From assembly GCA_007376135.1 (NCBI GenBank), contig VMFR01000003.1, positions 11,660 to 75,659 on the forward strand: DNA of 64,000 bases. The letters run 5' to 3'. The translations under genes and the position numbers were made by a program. The notes beneath the pieces are model-generated. The model did no database searches. It saw only the letters and a list, made by a program, of their open reading frames with translations, and was not told the origin of the DNA. This document shows positions 51,296 to 61,337 of the stretch, in pieces (the first letter of the stretch is position 1; each line of letters starts with the position of its first letter). Source of the DNA: Parcubacteria group bacterium Gr01-1014_31 (GTDB lineage: Bacteria; Patescibacteriota; Patescibacteriia; Buchananbacterales; GWA2-38-13).

Positions 51296-53704
51296 TCAAT
51301 TGACGATATTGAAGTCGTCGGTCGTCTCCTTCTTGAGTTCCAGATTCTTGACCTCGCCGAGGTCGGAGATGCGGTTGGCTTTCAGGTAAGTTCCCGACAG
51401 CGTGTACAGCAGGTCGCGGATGTAGAGGCTGCGCTTGACCTGGCTGTTGTACCAGTTGGCGCTGTAGCGGTCGCGTAGGGTTGACGGCTGGTGGGAAATT
51501 TTTCCCCGCAGGGTCAGGCCCGAGGCTTTGTCCACGCTGAACACCACCGCGCCGTTGAAACCGGCCTCGTAGCGCATCGCGCAGGGTCGTTGCGACTGCT
51601 GCGGGCAGGGGCCGGGGCCAAAGCAAGGGACCGGCATTGGGCAGGAAGGGTCGCTGATCTTTTCCTGCAGGGTGGCGGGGAATACCAAAAGATTTTTTTC
51701 GCGCGAGAAGAGGAACGCCTTGTGGTCGTTGAGGGCGATCGAATCCGAGCCGCGGTCGCCCAGCACTTCCTTGTCCAATTCTTTGGGGTTCGCGACGTCG
51801 CTGACGTCGAACAGCGAAACCTTCAGCCCGAGCTGCGTGGCGCCGCCCCAGGAGGACGCTTCGGTCTCTCGCCCAAGCCCGATGAGCGTGGTCTCGTCAT
51901 AGGGATGCAGGTAGGTCGAGAATCCCGGCACCTTCAGCTCGCCCAGCACGCGCGGATTCCTGGGGTCCTTGAGGTCAAGCACGAACAGCGGGTCGGTCTG
52001 GCGGAAGGTCACAAGGTACGCGCGGCCCTGCATGAAACGCACCGAAAAGATCTGTTCGCCCTTCGCGAGCTCTTCCACCTTGCCCACCAGTTTGAGATCC
52101 TTGTCCAGCACGTAGAGGTTGCTGTAACTGTCCGTACTCGCGCCGGTGCTGTACATGTCCCACTGGCGGCTGCGGGTGGTGGCGATGCGCAGGTAGCCCT
52201 CGTGTTCATCGAGCGCGAACTGGTTGAGCACATACCCGGGCACCTGGCCCGCGCCGCGGTAGTCCAGGTCCTTGCCCTTGATTCCAATCTTGTGGACGAC
52301 GGTGGTTTCCAGTTGCCGCGCGATCTCGGCCCAGCGTTCTTTCAGCTTGGTTTCCAGATCCTTTTCCAGACGCTCCTGTTCTTCTTCGGTCAATGATCCG
52401 CTCCAGCGTTCGAGGATCGCGGATATCTTTTGGAATTTTTCCCGCTGGCTCAAGATGCTGGTGTCCACCGCTTCGATCTTGGTGATCTGCTCGCGGTCGC
52501 TGGCCGGCAACAGCGGCAGCACATAGCTGCGCATCACTTCCCAGGCAAGCACCTCCGGGTCCAGCCGTTTCGTGTAGGCCAGGTAGAGGTGGTCGCGCGA
52601 CATATAGACGGTCTGCCCCGCGCTCATCAGGTAGGCGTCGCCGCCGACCGCTTCGGAGGGGTTCACGACGTTGACGGCCGAGACTCTGGTGTAGGTGTAG
52701 TCGCTGCCGTTCGGGTCAAAGTAGTACACGTCGGGGCAATTGCAGCGGGCAACCCCGGGCGCGGCGGGCAGCTCCTGGCCGTTCTCCAGGATGCGCGGAA
52801 TGGAGGGTTCGCCTTCATAGTAGGCCGCCATGCTGGAGGATAACAGGTAGACGTAGTTGCCGACCATGCGCGCGCCGGCAAAGTCGCCTTCAAAATCCAG
52901 GTCGCGGACCTGGCGCGGATTGCGGCGGTCTTTGATGTCAAATACTTTCAAGAACAAGTACGGCGAACGGCGGCGGAATTTTTTATACGTCTCCGTGGTG
53001 CTAATGACGGAATTGTTGCCGACCACCACTAAAGAGTCCCCGTTCAGGAACAAGTGCTGCGGCGTGGACTTGAACTCTATCTTTGCCAGAATAGTGGCCT
53101 GTTCGGCCGGGTAGGCCTCCACGATGAACAGGTTGTTGCCCGACACGGTGTAGACGTATTTGCCGTCGGTCTTGACGATATCGGATTCATCCACGCCCGA
53201 CACCTGGACGTTGGTGCCGGAGTAGTCGCCGTCCTGGGTGCCCCAGCCCACGATGGTGGCGTACGAGAGTCCCTGGTTGACCGTTGCGCCGAGGCCCGGC
53301 GCAGCGCCGCTGCTCATTGGCCCGGCAAGCTCATCCACCATCATTTCCGGCCCGGTCATCATCGGACTGCTGCGGTAGTACGACGATCCGGCGTCGGAGG
53401 GATGGCTGCGCAAGAATTGCTCCACCTCTTGGTAGGAGGAGAATTTCATTATGGTCGTAGGTACCTGCAGTAGGGGAGAGGACGGCGTCGGGCTCGGCGC
53501 GGGACTGGCGGCGGGTGGCGGCCCGCCCCAGGGTACGCCAAAGCTCGGCAATTTTTTCAACGCCTTGAGCACGACGAACGCCCCGCCCGCGATCATGACG
53601 GCGGCAACGATGATGAGGGAAAGCAGCGTCAGCGCGGAACGATCTTTCGGAGGCTGCGGCTCGGCGGCCGGTTGGGTCATTTGCGGGAGCATTGGTGATT
53701 CCAT
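51296..53704 (-). CDS. membrane-anchored beta-propeller domain protein
   Basis: YSGTNVQVSGVDESDIVKTDG, LNQFALDE, TFRQTDPLFV, GELKVPGFSTYLHP. Confidence 0.88.
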   Translation of the reverse strand: MESPMLPQMTQPAAEPQPPKDRSALTLLSLIIVAAVMIAGGAFVVLKALKKLPSFGVPWGGPPPAASPAPSPTPSSPLLQVPTTIMKFSSYQEVEQFLRSHPSDAGSSYYRSSPMMTGPEMMVDELAGPMSSGAAPGLGATVNQGLSYATIVGWGTQDGDYSGTNVQVSGVDESDIVKTDGKYVYTVSGNNLFIVEAYPAEQATILAKIEFKSTPQHLFLNGDSLVVVGNNSVISTTETYKKFRRRSPYLFLKVFDIKDRRNPRQVRDLDFEGDFAGARMVGNYVYLLSSSMAAYYEGEPSIPRILENGQELPAAPGVARCNCPDVYYFDPNGSDYTYTRVSAVNVVNPSEAVGGDAYLMSAGQTVYMSRDHLYLAYTKRLDPEVLAWEVMRSYVLPLLPASDREQITKIEAVDTSILSQREKFQKISAILERWSGSLTEEEQERLEKDLETKLKERWAEIARQLETTVVHKIGIKGKDLDYRGAGQVPGYVLNQFALDEHEGYLRIATTRSRQWDMYSTGASTDSYSNLYVLDKDLKLVGKVEELAKGEQIFSVRFMQGRAYLVTFRQTDPLFVLDLKDPRNPRVLGELKVPGFSTYLHPYDETTLIGLGRETEASSWGGATQLGLKVSLFDVSDVANPKELDKEVLGDRGSDSIALNDHKAFLFSREKNLLVFPATLQEKISDPSCPMPVPCFGPGPCPQQSQRPCAMRYEAGFNGAVVFSVDKASGLTLRGKISHQPSTLRDRYSANWYNSQVKRSLYIRDLLYTLSGTYLKANRISDLGEVKNLELKKETTDDFNIVN

Positions 53705-53889
53705 ACAACGTTCGCGTTACACGGGGCAGTTCCCCTCCGCCCTTCACTTTACCACAAATGATTCTACGACGCAGCGCACAGCTGGTAACAAAAAGCAGGC
53801 ATGCGGTGGGCCGCGTGCCTGCGATGTTTGGCCGGCGGGTTGTGGAAATGCCCCTGTTCAGGGGTGTTCAGCGGCGCGACTTCGCGCCG

Positions 53890-54228
53890 CTAGCAAGGGA
53901 CGACTTCTTCGATGCGGACGTCGACCTTCCCGTTGACGAAGATGCGGGTGATGAGGTCGACCCAGCCGGGTCGCTGGTGTTCCAGCCGACTGGTGCCGCG
54001 AAGGACGACGCCGACCTCCGAGAGGTTCGGGCAGGGTTCTCCGTCGGGGAGTTCCTGGAGCAGTTCCAGTTCCCCGATGTTGCAGAAGAAAGGGACGACG
54101 GCACGGACACCGCCAGGCTTGAGTTGGACGCGCGGGATGCGGGCGCGCACGGGCCGCATGTGCGGTATGCCGACCGCCGCGATCTCGTCGGTCAGGACGT
54201 AGGGCTGCTGGTATTCGGCAACCTTCAT
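53890..54228 (-). CDS. hypothetical protein
   Basis: 112-aa ORF starting MKVAEY; GAGG upstream. Confidence 0.5.
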   Translation of the reverse strand: MKVAEYQQPYVLTDEIAAVGIPHMRPVRARIPRVQLKPGGVRAVVPFFCNIGELELLQELPDGEPCPNLSEVGVVLRGTSRLEHQRPGWVDLITRIFVNGKVDVRIEEVVPC

Positions 54229-54501
54229 GGGGAGCGTCCTCTCTGGTTGTGTAAAGTGCCGGCCAAACGTGGTCACCATGCCAGAACCATCGGCCGCGGT
54301 CAATGTTGAGAATCCGGATTTGGCTGCGTTGACAGGAGACGCGGATTTTGCTATCCTGCGATTTCGTGTTCTCATTGGACCTTGGCAATTGGAAGAAAGG
54401 AGACCGATCATTCCGTTTTGTCGGCGACGCGGAGCTTTGGCGCCGCCAGCGTTTCCTCAATAACCGCGCCGTACGCGGCGCACTACCGTTAGGAGGTTTC
54501 C

Positions 54502-55593
54502 GTGAGGGAATCACAGATCAAGGGGCCGGGGATCTTTGCCGCCCAGTTCATGGGTGACGAATACCACGGCAAGAGCCTCAAGGGCTTCTGCTCTTGGGCG
54601 TCGGGCATGGGCTACCGCGGGGTGCAGATCCCCAGCTGGGATGCCCGCTGCATTGACCTCGCCCAGGCCGCCGAAAGCCAGGCCTACTGCGATGACCTGG
54701 TGGCGATGCTCGTCGCCCAGGGCATGGAAGCGACCGAGCTGGCCACGCACCTGCAGGGCCAATTGGTGGCCGTGCATCCGGCCTACGACGAGCTGTTCGA
54801 CGGCTTCGCGCCCGAGTCGGTCCGCGGCAATCCCGCCGCGCGTACGGCCTGGGCCGTGGAGCAGATGAAGCTGGCCGCCAAGGCCAGCGCGCGGCTCAAG
54901 CTCAAGTCCTGTCCGAGTTTCACCGGGTCGCTGCTGTGGCCGTTCATCTACCCGTGGCCGCAGCGTCCCGCGGGGCTGGTCGCGGAGGGCTTCACGGAAC
55001 TGGGCCGCCGCTGGCGGCCGATCCTGGATGCCTTCGAGGAGGTCGGCGTGGATATCGCCTGGGAGCTGCATCCCGGCGAGGACGTCCATGACGGCATCTC
55101 CTACGAGCGCTTCATGGAAGCGCTCGGCAACCACCGGCGGTCGCGTATCAACTACGACCCCAGCCACCTCATCCTGCAGGGGCTGGACTACCTGGGCTTC
55201 ATCGACGAATACGGCCAGAGCATCGTCGCCTTCCACGTCAAGGACGCGGAGTTCCATCCCAGCGCCAAGTGCGGCGTGTACGGCGGCTTCGCCGATTGGA
55301 AGGACCGGGCGGGCCGTTTCCGTTCGCTGGGCGACGGCCAGGTCGACTTCAAGGCGGTGTTTTCCAAGCTGACGCAGGCCGGCTACCGCGGCTGGGCGGT
55401 GCTGGAGTGGGAGTGCTGCCTGAAGGACGCCGAGCAGGGCGCGCGCGAGGGCTCGCGCTTCATCGAGTCCTGCCTCATCACGACGCCCGCCAGGGCCTTC
55501 GACGACTTCGCCGGCGTCAAGACCGACCCGGCCCAGCTGCGCCGGCTGCTCGGTCTGCCCGCCGACGCCGACGTGCCCGTCGAGACCACCTAG
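54502..55593 (+). CDS. sugar phosphate isomerase/epimerase (xylose-isomerase-like TIM barrel)
   Basis: WELHPGE, NYDPSH, FHVKDAE, GRFRSLGDGQVDF, VLEWEC; AGGAGG SD; TTGACA-N17-TATCCT at about 54329. Confidence 0.9.
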   Translation: MRESQIKGPGIFAAQFMGDEYHGKSLKGFCSWASGMGYRGVQIPSWDARCIDLAQAAESQAYCDDLVAMLVAQGMEATELATHLQGQLVAVHPAYDELFDGFAPESVRGNPAARTAWAVEQMKLAAKASARLKLKSCPSFTGSLLWPFIYPWPQRPAGLVAEGFTELGRRWRPILDAFEEVGVDIAWELHPGEDVHDGISYERFMEALGNHRRSRINYDPSHLILQGLDYLGFIDEYGQSIVAFHVKDAEFHPSAKCGVYGGFADWKDRAGRFRSLGDGQVDFKAVFSKLTQAGYRGWAVLEWECCLKDAEQGAREGSRFIESCLITTPARAFDDFAGVKTDPAQLRRLLGLPADADVPVETT

Positions 55594-55766
55594 CCGCAAT
55601 CCGCGCGGCACCTACCGCACCTTCGTCCACCTGTTCCTCGTCTGGAGCAGGTGGTTTTTTAATTGTTCCTCCAAATTTTGTTGCGAAATTTGGTTAGGAA
55701 CAATTAACCCACCGAAAGTCAGCCGAATAGACTATGGAAATATACGGACCAGCCGCAGGCGGTTGA

Positions 55767-55868
55767 CCCCGTTAGACAACCTTTTTGCTAATTATCTTGT
55801 GCCTGTAGCTAGTGCAGGTACTACTTTAGTGCGTCTTTTAACAATAATCCCATGGTTGTCTAACGGGG
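55767..55868. mobile_element. 102-bp inverted-end element, family 1 variant (copy E)
   Basis: CCCCGTTAGACAACC ... GGTTGTCTAACGGGG flanked by TTGA direct repeats. Confidence 0.75.
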
Positions 55869-56188
55869 TTGACCGCGCCCGCCTGACATGGCTAGGCACC
55901 TTATGTATCCGCGGACTGTAGGTGGGTTGGTACCTTAATTTTCCGCAGTCCCCCTACGGGGGATCACCCGAAGGGTGGCAAGGGAACCAGCGAAGAGACA
56001 GGGAAAGCAAACCAAAAACGGCCCATCGGGCCGCTTGGTTTCTTGTGTTCTCCGTGTGCAGCCGGGGCGCGTGCGGCGCACGTACCGTTGCATTACCTTC
56101 GAGACCGTGCTAGCATCACCGCTGGCTCGGGAGCATGGTGCGACCGAGCGAGCCGGTCTTTCCAATGAAAACAACGGAGGTTCTTTTC

Positions 56189-57181
56189 ATGATCCTACGT
56201 GGCATCGACTTTGGCAATGTCCTCAACGCGTCGGGCGCGCGCGGCTTCTTCGGCGAGGGCTACCCGTTTCACCGGTTCTTCGAGCCGTTCGGCCTCAACT
56301 ACGAGGGCTCGACGTTCGTGGCCAAGACCACGACGCTGCACCCGCGGCTCCGGCCGCACCTCAAAGAGGGGAACATGCCCCTCGGTGCCGACGGTATCAC
56401 GCCGGCCGAGTTCAAGCCCGCCTGCATCAAGGTGCGGCTGTGGCAAGGTATCACGCTCAACGCCGTGGGCTTGAGCGGTCCCGGCGCGGAACGGCTGCTG
56501 CGGGAAGGGCGCTGGGAGTTGTTGCGCAGGCCGTTCTTCATCTCCTTCATGGGCATGGGCGACAAGGCCCAGCGGCTCCGCGAGCTGCGGGAGTTCGTGC
56601 AGCTTCTGGTTGGCTCCCGGCACCGGTTCATCGCGCGATTCGGGTTGAAGATCAATTTCTCCTGCCCCAACGTCGGGCTGCGGCCAGCCGAACTGGTCGA
56701 AGAGGTCGGCGAAGCGCTCGAGATCGCCGCACCGCTGGGCGTTCCGTTGGTGCCCAAGCTCAACGCGACGGTACCGGTCGAGCCGGTCGTAGACGTTTCC
56801 CGTCACGCAGCGTTCGATGCGCTCTGTATCTCCAATACCATCCCCTGGGGGCAGCTGCCGGAGCGCATCAACTGGCGCCAGCTTTGGGGGACGAACGTTT
56901 CCCCGCTCGCTCACCTCGGTGGGGGAGGAATGTCGGGACCGCCGTTGTTGTCGATCGTTTGCGACTGGATCCGTCAGGCGCGGACAGCCGGTCTCTCCAA
57001 GCCGATCATCGGCGGGGGCGGCATCATCTCGCGTGGCGGGGTCGACCAGATGCTTGTTTCCGGTGCCACCGCCATCAGCCTGGGCACCGTCAGCATCGTG
57101 CGTCCCTGGCGAGTGCAGCGGTTGATCCGCTACGCCAATGCCTGTATGGCATGGCACCAGCGTGCTGGCGCCGTCCGCTAG
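56189..57181 (+). CDS. dihydroorotate dehydrogenase-like FMN enzyme
   Basis: AKT, NAVGL, NFSCPN, SNT, GGMSG, IIGGGGI; GGAGG SD. Confidence 0.8.
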   Translation: MILRGIDFGNVLNASGARGFFGEGYPFHRFFEPFGLNYEGSTFVAKTTTLHPRLRPHLKEGNMPLGADGITPAEFKPACIKVRLWQGITLNAVGLSGPGAERLLREGRWELLRRPFFISFMGMGDKAQRLRELREFVQLLVGSRHRFIARFGLKINFSCPNVGLRPAELVEEVGEALEIAAPLGVPLVPKLNATVPVEPVVDVSRHAAFDALCISNTIPWGQLPERINWRQLWGTNVSPLAHLGGGGMSGPPLLSIVCDWIRQARTAGLSKPIIGGGGIISRGGVDQMLVSGATAISLGTVSIVRPWRVQRLIRYANACMAWHQRAGAVR

Positions 57182-57347
57182 TCCGCTGGTCACGAGCGCG
57201 CACCGCGATCGACCGCCAACGAAATCCGCCGGCACATTCTGTGTTCGGCGGTTTTTTTACGGTTCCCGGGCTCAACTACCGTCCGCCCGTTGCGAGCGGT
57301 TTTTTGTAACCAAAAACGGCCCAACGGGCCGTTTGGTTCTTCGCGGG

Positions 57348-57449
57348 CTACTTGCGCAGCCGGCGCGTGTTCCTGGCCAGCCGCCGGCCGATGGCCGTGT
57401 TCTTCTTGGCGTGCTTGGTGCGGGCTTTGGCCGCGGTGTTATGTCCCAT
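57348..57449 (-). CDS. 33-aa highly basic small protein
   Basis: MGHNTAAKARTKHAKKNTAIGRRLARNTRRLRK; TATACT upstream and a terminator directly downstream. Confidence 0.55.
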   Translation of the reverse strand: MGHNTAAKARTKHAKKNTAIGRRLARNTRRLRK

Positions 57450-57554
57450 AGCTGTTTGGCGTTAGCGGATTGTCTCGCGTTGAGTATAGCAGACGTTCGC
57501 GTTTTTTCAACTCCGTAAAAAAAGAACCCCCATCGGTCGCCCGATGGGGGGAGG

Positions 57555-59051
57555 TCAGTGTTGGGATTCCGGCGGCAGGCCGGGGGCGCTGGTCCCGTGG
57601 CGGCCGGCGATGGTGTGAATGGACAAGAAATTGGTTTGGCCGGGAGCGCCTTGGGGGCGCTTGGCCATAATGACCAGCGGCTGTTCTGGGCGGACGCGTC
57701 CCTCCCGCAGCAGGGCCGTTTCACAGGCGAGGACCACCTCCTCCACGGTGGCGGGCGCGGATTCCAGTAGCCGCGTCTGCACGCCCCACACCAGGGCCAA
57801 CCGTCGCAGGACCGCGGCGTGTTCAGAAAAGACGTACAGCGGCAGGCGCGGCCGGCGGGCAGCAACCAAGGGCGGCGATTCGCCGTGCTGGGTGTAGACG
57901 ATGATGCCCTGGGCGCCGACGGCTTCGGCCGCATAGCAGGTAGCCGCGCCGAGCGCGACCGGAAAGGAGGCCGCATCCACCATGAAGCTGCGGGGGCAGC
58001 GGTCGCCGTCGCGGTCGCTGGCGCTCTCGCTGGAGCTGAGGATGCGGCGCATGGCGGCCACCGCCTCCACGGGGTAGCGGCCGATGGCCGTTTCGCCCGA
58101 CAGCATGACGCCATCGACACCGTCGAACACGGCGTTGGCGACATCGGAGGTCTCCGCGCGGGTCGGCTGCGGCCGTTCGATCATCGTTTCCAGCATCTGG
58201 GTGGCGACGATGACCGGTTTGAGATGGTCGCGCGCGTCCGCGACCAGGCGCTTTTGCATGTAGGGGACCGACTCCGGGGGCATCACCACGCCGAGGTCGC
58301 CGCGAGCGATCATCACGCCGAACGCTTCGGCGAAAATTTCATGGAGCTCCTGCAGGAACTCCCGCGTCTCCAGCTTGGCGATGACGGGCGTGTCGGTGCC
58401 GCGGGCCTGGATGAATTGCTTGGCCAACCGTACGTCGCGTCCGGAACGGACGAACGACAGGGCGAACACGTCCACCCCGTTGGCGACCCCCCAGGCAAGG
58501 TCGGCTTCATCCTTCGGGGTGAGCGAGGGCAAAATGCCACGCTGGCTGTCGGGCAGGTGCACCCCGCGGCGGTCGGCCATGGTGCCGCCCTGCTCCACGC
58601 GGCAGAGAAACGACGCCGCGCGGCGCTCCAGGGTCAGCAGGCGGATGCGGCCGTCGTCGATGAGGATGCGCTCCTCGCGCTGCAGCAGACCGGTCATGCC
58701 GCCGGGCTGCAGCCGCAGGCACGACCGGTCGCTGGGCTGCTCGCCGTCGGCCACTTCGATCGTGGCGCCGGTTTCCAGCGTGAACGGCCCGTGGGCGCAG
58801 ACCGTAGTGCGGATCTTGACGCCCTGCAGGTCGCCCATGACGGCGATGTCATGGCGCTCCAGGTCAGCGGCGGCTTGGCGGACGTTGGCGAGGGCTGCCG
58901 CATGCTGGGCGTGGTTGCCGTGTGAGAAGTTCAGCCGAAAGACGTTGGCGCCGGCGATGATGAGGTCGCGGATGATGGGAACGGCGTGGCTTGCTGGCCC
59001 AAGCGTGGCGATGATCTTGGTGCGGGTCGGCGGGTAAACGGAATTGCTCAT
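57555..59051 (-). CDS. pyk: pyruvate kinase
   Basis: TKIIATLGPAS, RLNFSHG, ARGDLG, ATQMLE, MLSGETA.G. Confidence 0.96.
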   Translation of the reverse strand: MSNSVYPPTRTKIIATLGPASHAVPIIRDLIIAGANVFRLNFSHGNHAQHAAALANVRQAAADLERHDIAVMGDLQGVKIRTTVCAHGPFTLETGATIEVADGEQPSDRSCLRLQPGGMTGLLQREERILIDDGRIRLLTLERRAASFLCRVEQGGTMADRRGVHLPDSQRGILPSLTPKDEADLAWGVANGVDVFALSFVRSGRDVRLAKQFIQARGTDTPVIAKLETREFLQELHEIFAEAFGVMIARGDLGVVMPPESVPYMQKRLVADARDHLKPVIVATQMLETMIERPQPTRAETSDVANAVFDGVDGVMLSGETAIGRYPVEAVAAMRRILSSSESASDRDGDRCPRSFMVDAASFPVALGAATCYAAEAVGAQGIIVYTQHGESPPLVAARRPRLPLYVFSEHAAVLRRLALVWGVQTRLLESAPATVEEVVLACETALLREGRVRPEQPLVIMAKRPQGAPGQTNFLSIHTIAGRHGTSAPGLPPESQH

Positions 59052-59188
59052 GGCGAGCTCCTTTTGGTTTGGCGGGGGTCAAAGTGCTTTGGAACGACGC
59101 GGCCGCCATTGTACTATAGGCAGCCATCAATATTCAAGGGACGAAAAAAACCGGGCCAAGCCCGGCGACCGCCGTTGCCGCGCCAGTG

Positions 59189-59659
59189 TCAGTGGGTGAA
59201 CCCGAACAGGTGGTTGAAGATGGCCTGGTAGAGCCGCCGGCGCGAGACCATGCCGACCAGGCGGCCGTCTTCCAGCACCGGCAGGCGATGGATGTTGCGC
59301 GCGAGCATTATGGCGCCGATCTGCACCAGCGGCGTTTCGGGCGTGGTGGTGATGGCCGGCTTCACGAATTCGGCGATGGGTTTTGCACCCTCGTCGCGCA
59401 GCCATTCTTCCATGCCGCCCGGGTCCATTTTCGGGATGAGCGCTTCCTGGGCATAGAACTCCCCGTAGGTAGGGTAGAGGGCGCGGAACAGGTCCTTCTC
59501 CGAGATGACGCCCGTGAGCTTGCCGTGGGAATCGACCACGGGCGCGCCAGAAAATCCACCGCGGTGCATCAACTCGGCCGCCTGGCGGATGGTGGCATCC
59601 CGGGGGATGGCGGTGAATTTCGTGATCATCACGTCGCGGACGGTGAGTACGCGGTGCAT
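59189..59659 (-). CDS. CBS domain pair protein
   Basis: VRDVM, PVVD..GVISEKD, LPVLE..LVGMVS. Confidence 0.9.
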   Translation of the reverse strand: MHRVLTVRDVMITKFTAIPRDATIRQAAELMHRGGFSGAPVVDSHGKLTGVISEKDLFRALYPTYGEFYAQEALIPKMDPGGMEEWLRDEGAKPIAEFVKPAITTTPETPLVQIGAIMLARNIHRLPVLEDGRLVGMVSRRRLYQAIFNHLFGFTH

Positions 59660-59750
59660 AGAGGGGTTTCTTTCGTTCCCATCCTAGCACAGGGCAAAAC
59701 GAAAAACGAACCCAAGTATTAAGAAAAAAATGGCAGGTATTATGTGGCTA

Positions 59751-59779
59751 TTGACAAAATAAGATTAATGTGATATAAT
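59751..59779 (+). promoter_or_regulatory. perfect consensus sigma70 promoter
   Basis: TTGACA-N17-TATAAT with an extended TG. Confidence 0.85.
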
Positions 59780-59862
59780 TATATTGCTTTGTGAAGTAGC
59801 AAAGACCAGTTACTTCGTAACTGCGACGTTCTTTCTCAGACAGCGTTTTGGAGGAAACGACC

Positions 59863-60282
59863 ATGATGGGTCCAAACGATCGGAACCCGAAGTTTGCTCA
59901 GATTCCCACGCTCGTCCGCCATGGCCTTGGCAATGCCACCTGCCGTGAGGTGGGGGAATGGTACGCCACGCAACCCTGGGCCACGAAGCGGCAAGTCCGA
60001 AGAGAGCATCGAGCGACGTGCACCGCGAAAGAATGGCAGCAGTGCGAGGAAGGCGCGTGGATTATCCTGGGCGGCATCCTTGCCGTCCTTGGCATCCCCT
60101 TCACACTCTACCAGGCGTGGTGTGGGGTTTCTCCGCTCATCATGGTGGCATTGGCGCTGGGGCTCGCCATCTGCCTCATCGCCGCCATCCGAGGAGGCTG
60201 GCATCAGCTCGTCGCTTTCGCCATCACCGGCGACCCTCCCGTCGCTCCTCGTAGCGACTGCAAGCGCGTGCTCGAAGACTGA
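59863..60282 (+). CDS. hypothetical two-TM membrane protein
   Basis: GGAGG SD; downstream of the consensus promoter. Confidence 0.65.
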   Translation: MMGPNDRNPKFAQIPTLVRHGLGNATCREVGEWYATQPWATKRQVRREHRATCTAKEWQQCEEGAWIILGGILAVLGIPFTLYQAWCGVSPLIMVALALGLAICLIAAIRGGWHQLVAFAITGDPPVAPRSDCKRVLED

Positions 60283-60701
60283 GTACTCGCGGTAGTGAGG
60301 TGCGGCAGTGCAATCAGCGAGACCAGGCAAATCACGTCTGGTCTCTTTTTTGCGCATCAGGCGTACCCCTGGTGTTGGGGTGGCTCATCGAGAACGTTGG
60401 AAAATTTTGGTTCAGGGGATTGTGAGGGTAGTAGCATGTGGGGTAGTAATTGGTAGATTTAACATTAATCATTGTGGTACAATAAAAATGGTCGCGGAAT
60501 TTGTGAGTCATTTTCGGATATGCTACATAGTCATGAGATCGCAACGTGGTCCGGTTTTATTTTTGTCCCGAGTAATGTCTTTTGACCCGGGGGTATTTTT
60601 TTGCAAAAAGCGACCGTCGTTTTGAACTTTGCCCCCGCCCGGGGTTTTTGTTTTTGAGATAGGATTTAAGTTCATTGACAATCAGAACAGAAAGGTTTGT
60701 C

Positions 60702-61337
60702 ATGCAAGCGTATTATGCGGTCGGAAATCGCTGCGCCGTCGATATCGCATCGCTGCAGCTTCCAGTAGCTTTGGTCACTGCACTCGCCATTCTCGATCGT
60801 AAAGGTTTTGCGGTGGTGGATGTTGATCTCATTGGGTTGGCTCGACAGTGCGTTGGCTCCTCGCAGTACCGTCGCGGCGCGAAGCTAACCGAGGCACCCG
60901 CCGTCGTTGATTGTTCGGGTTTTGTGAAGTGGCTGTACGGGCAACGCGGGCTGTGGCTGCCGCGGCGATCCATCCAGCAACGATCGTTGGGTGAATCGGT
61001 CGCCCTTGATGCCATCTCTGGGGGAGATCTAGTTTTCGTTTCGGGTTGTATCGATTACTACCTTGATGATCCGAACGATGGAGTCGGCCATGTCGGGATA
61101 GCGACTAATCACCGCACGGTGATACACGCCGCCAACGCCGCGTTGGGGGTGGTGGAAAGTCCGCTCGACCGATTCATCGGCAAGCAAGGTTTTCGCGGTG
61201 CGCGGTGCTACCTCCCGAACGATCGCGAGGTGTTGACCCTTCTGACGCCCCCGGAACGAAACGTGGAGATTGCGGATGATATCAAATGGATCGTTCTGCA
61301 GTCTCTGCCGCAGAGTTCGTCGGCTTCGGTCGTCTAA
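60702..61337 (+). CDS. NlpC/P60 family peptidase
   Basis: DCSGFV, GDLVF, GHVGI, IHA. Confidence 0.88.
   Translation: MQAYYAVGNRCAVDIASLQLPVALVTALAILDRKGFAVVDVDLIGLARQCVGSSQYRRGAKLTEAPAVVDCSGFVKWLYGQRGLWLPRRSIQQRSLGESVALDAISGGDLVFVSGCIDYYLDDPNDGVGHVGIATNHRTVIHAANAALGVVESPLDRFIGKQGFRGARCYLPNDREVLTLLTPPERNVEIADDIKWIVLQSLPQSSSASVV

Noticed and set aside
60308-60680. ORFs in the AT-rich gap before the NlpC/P60 gene
   Set aside because: Short conflicting ORFs on both strands with no motifs or clear start signals.
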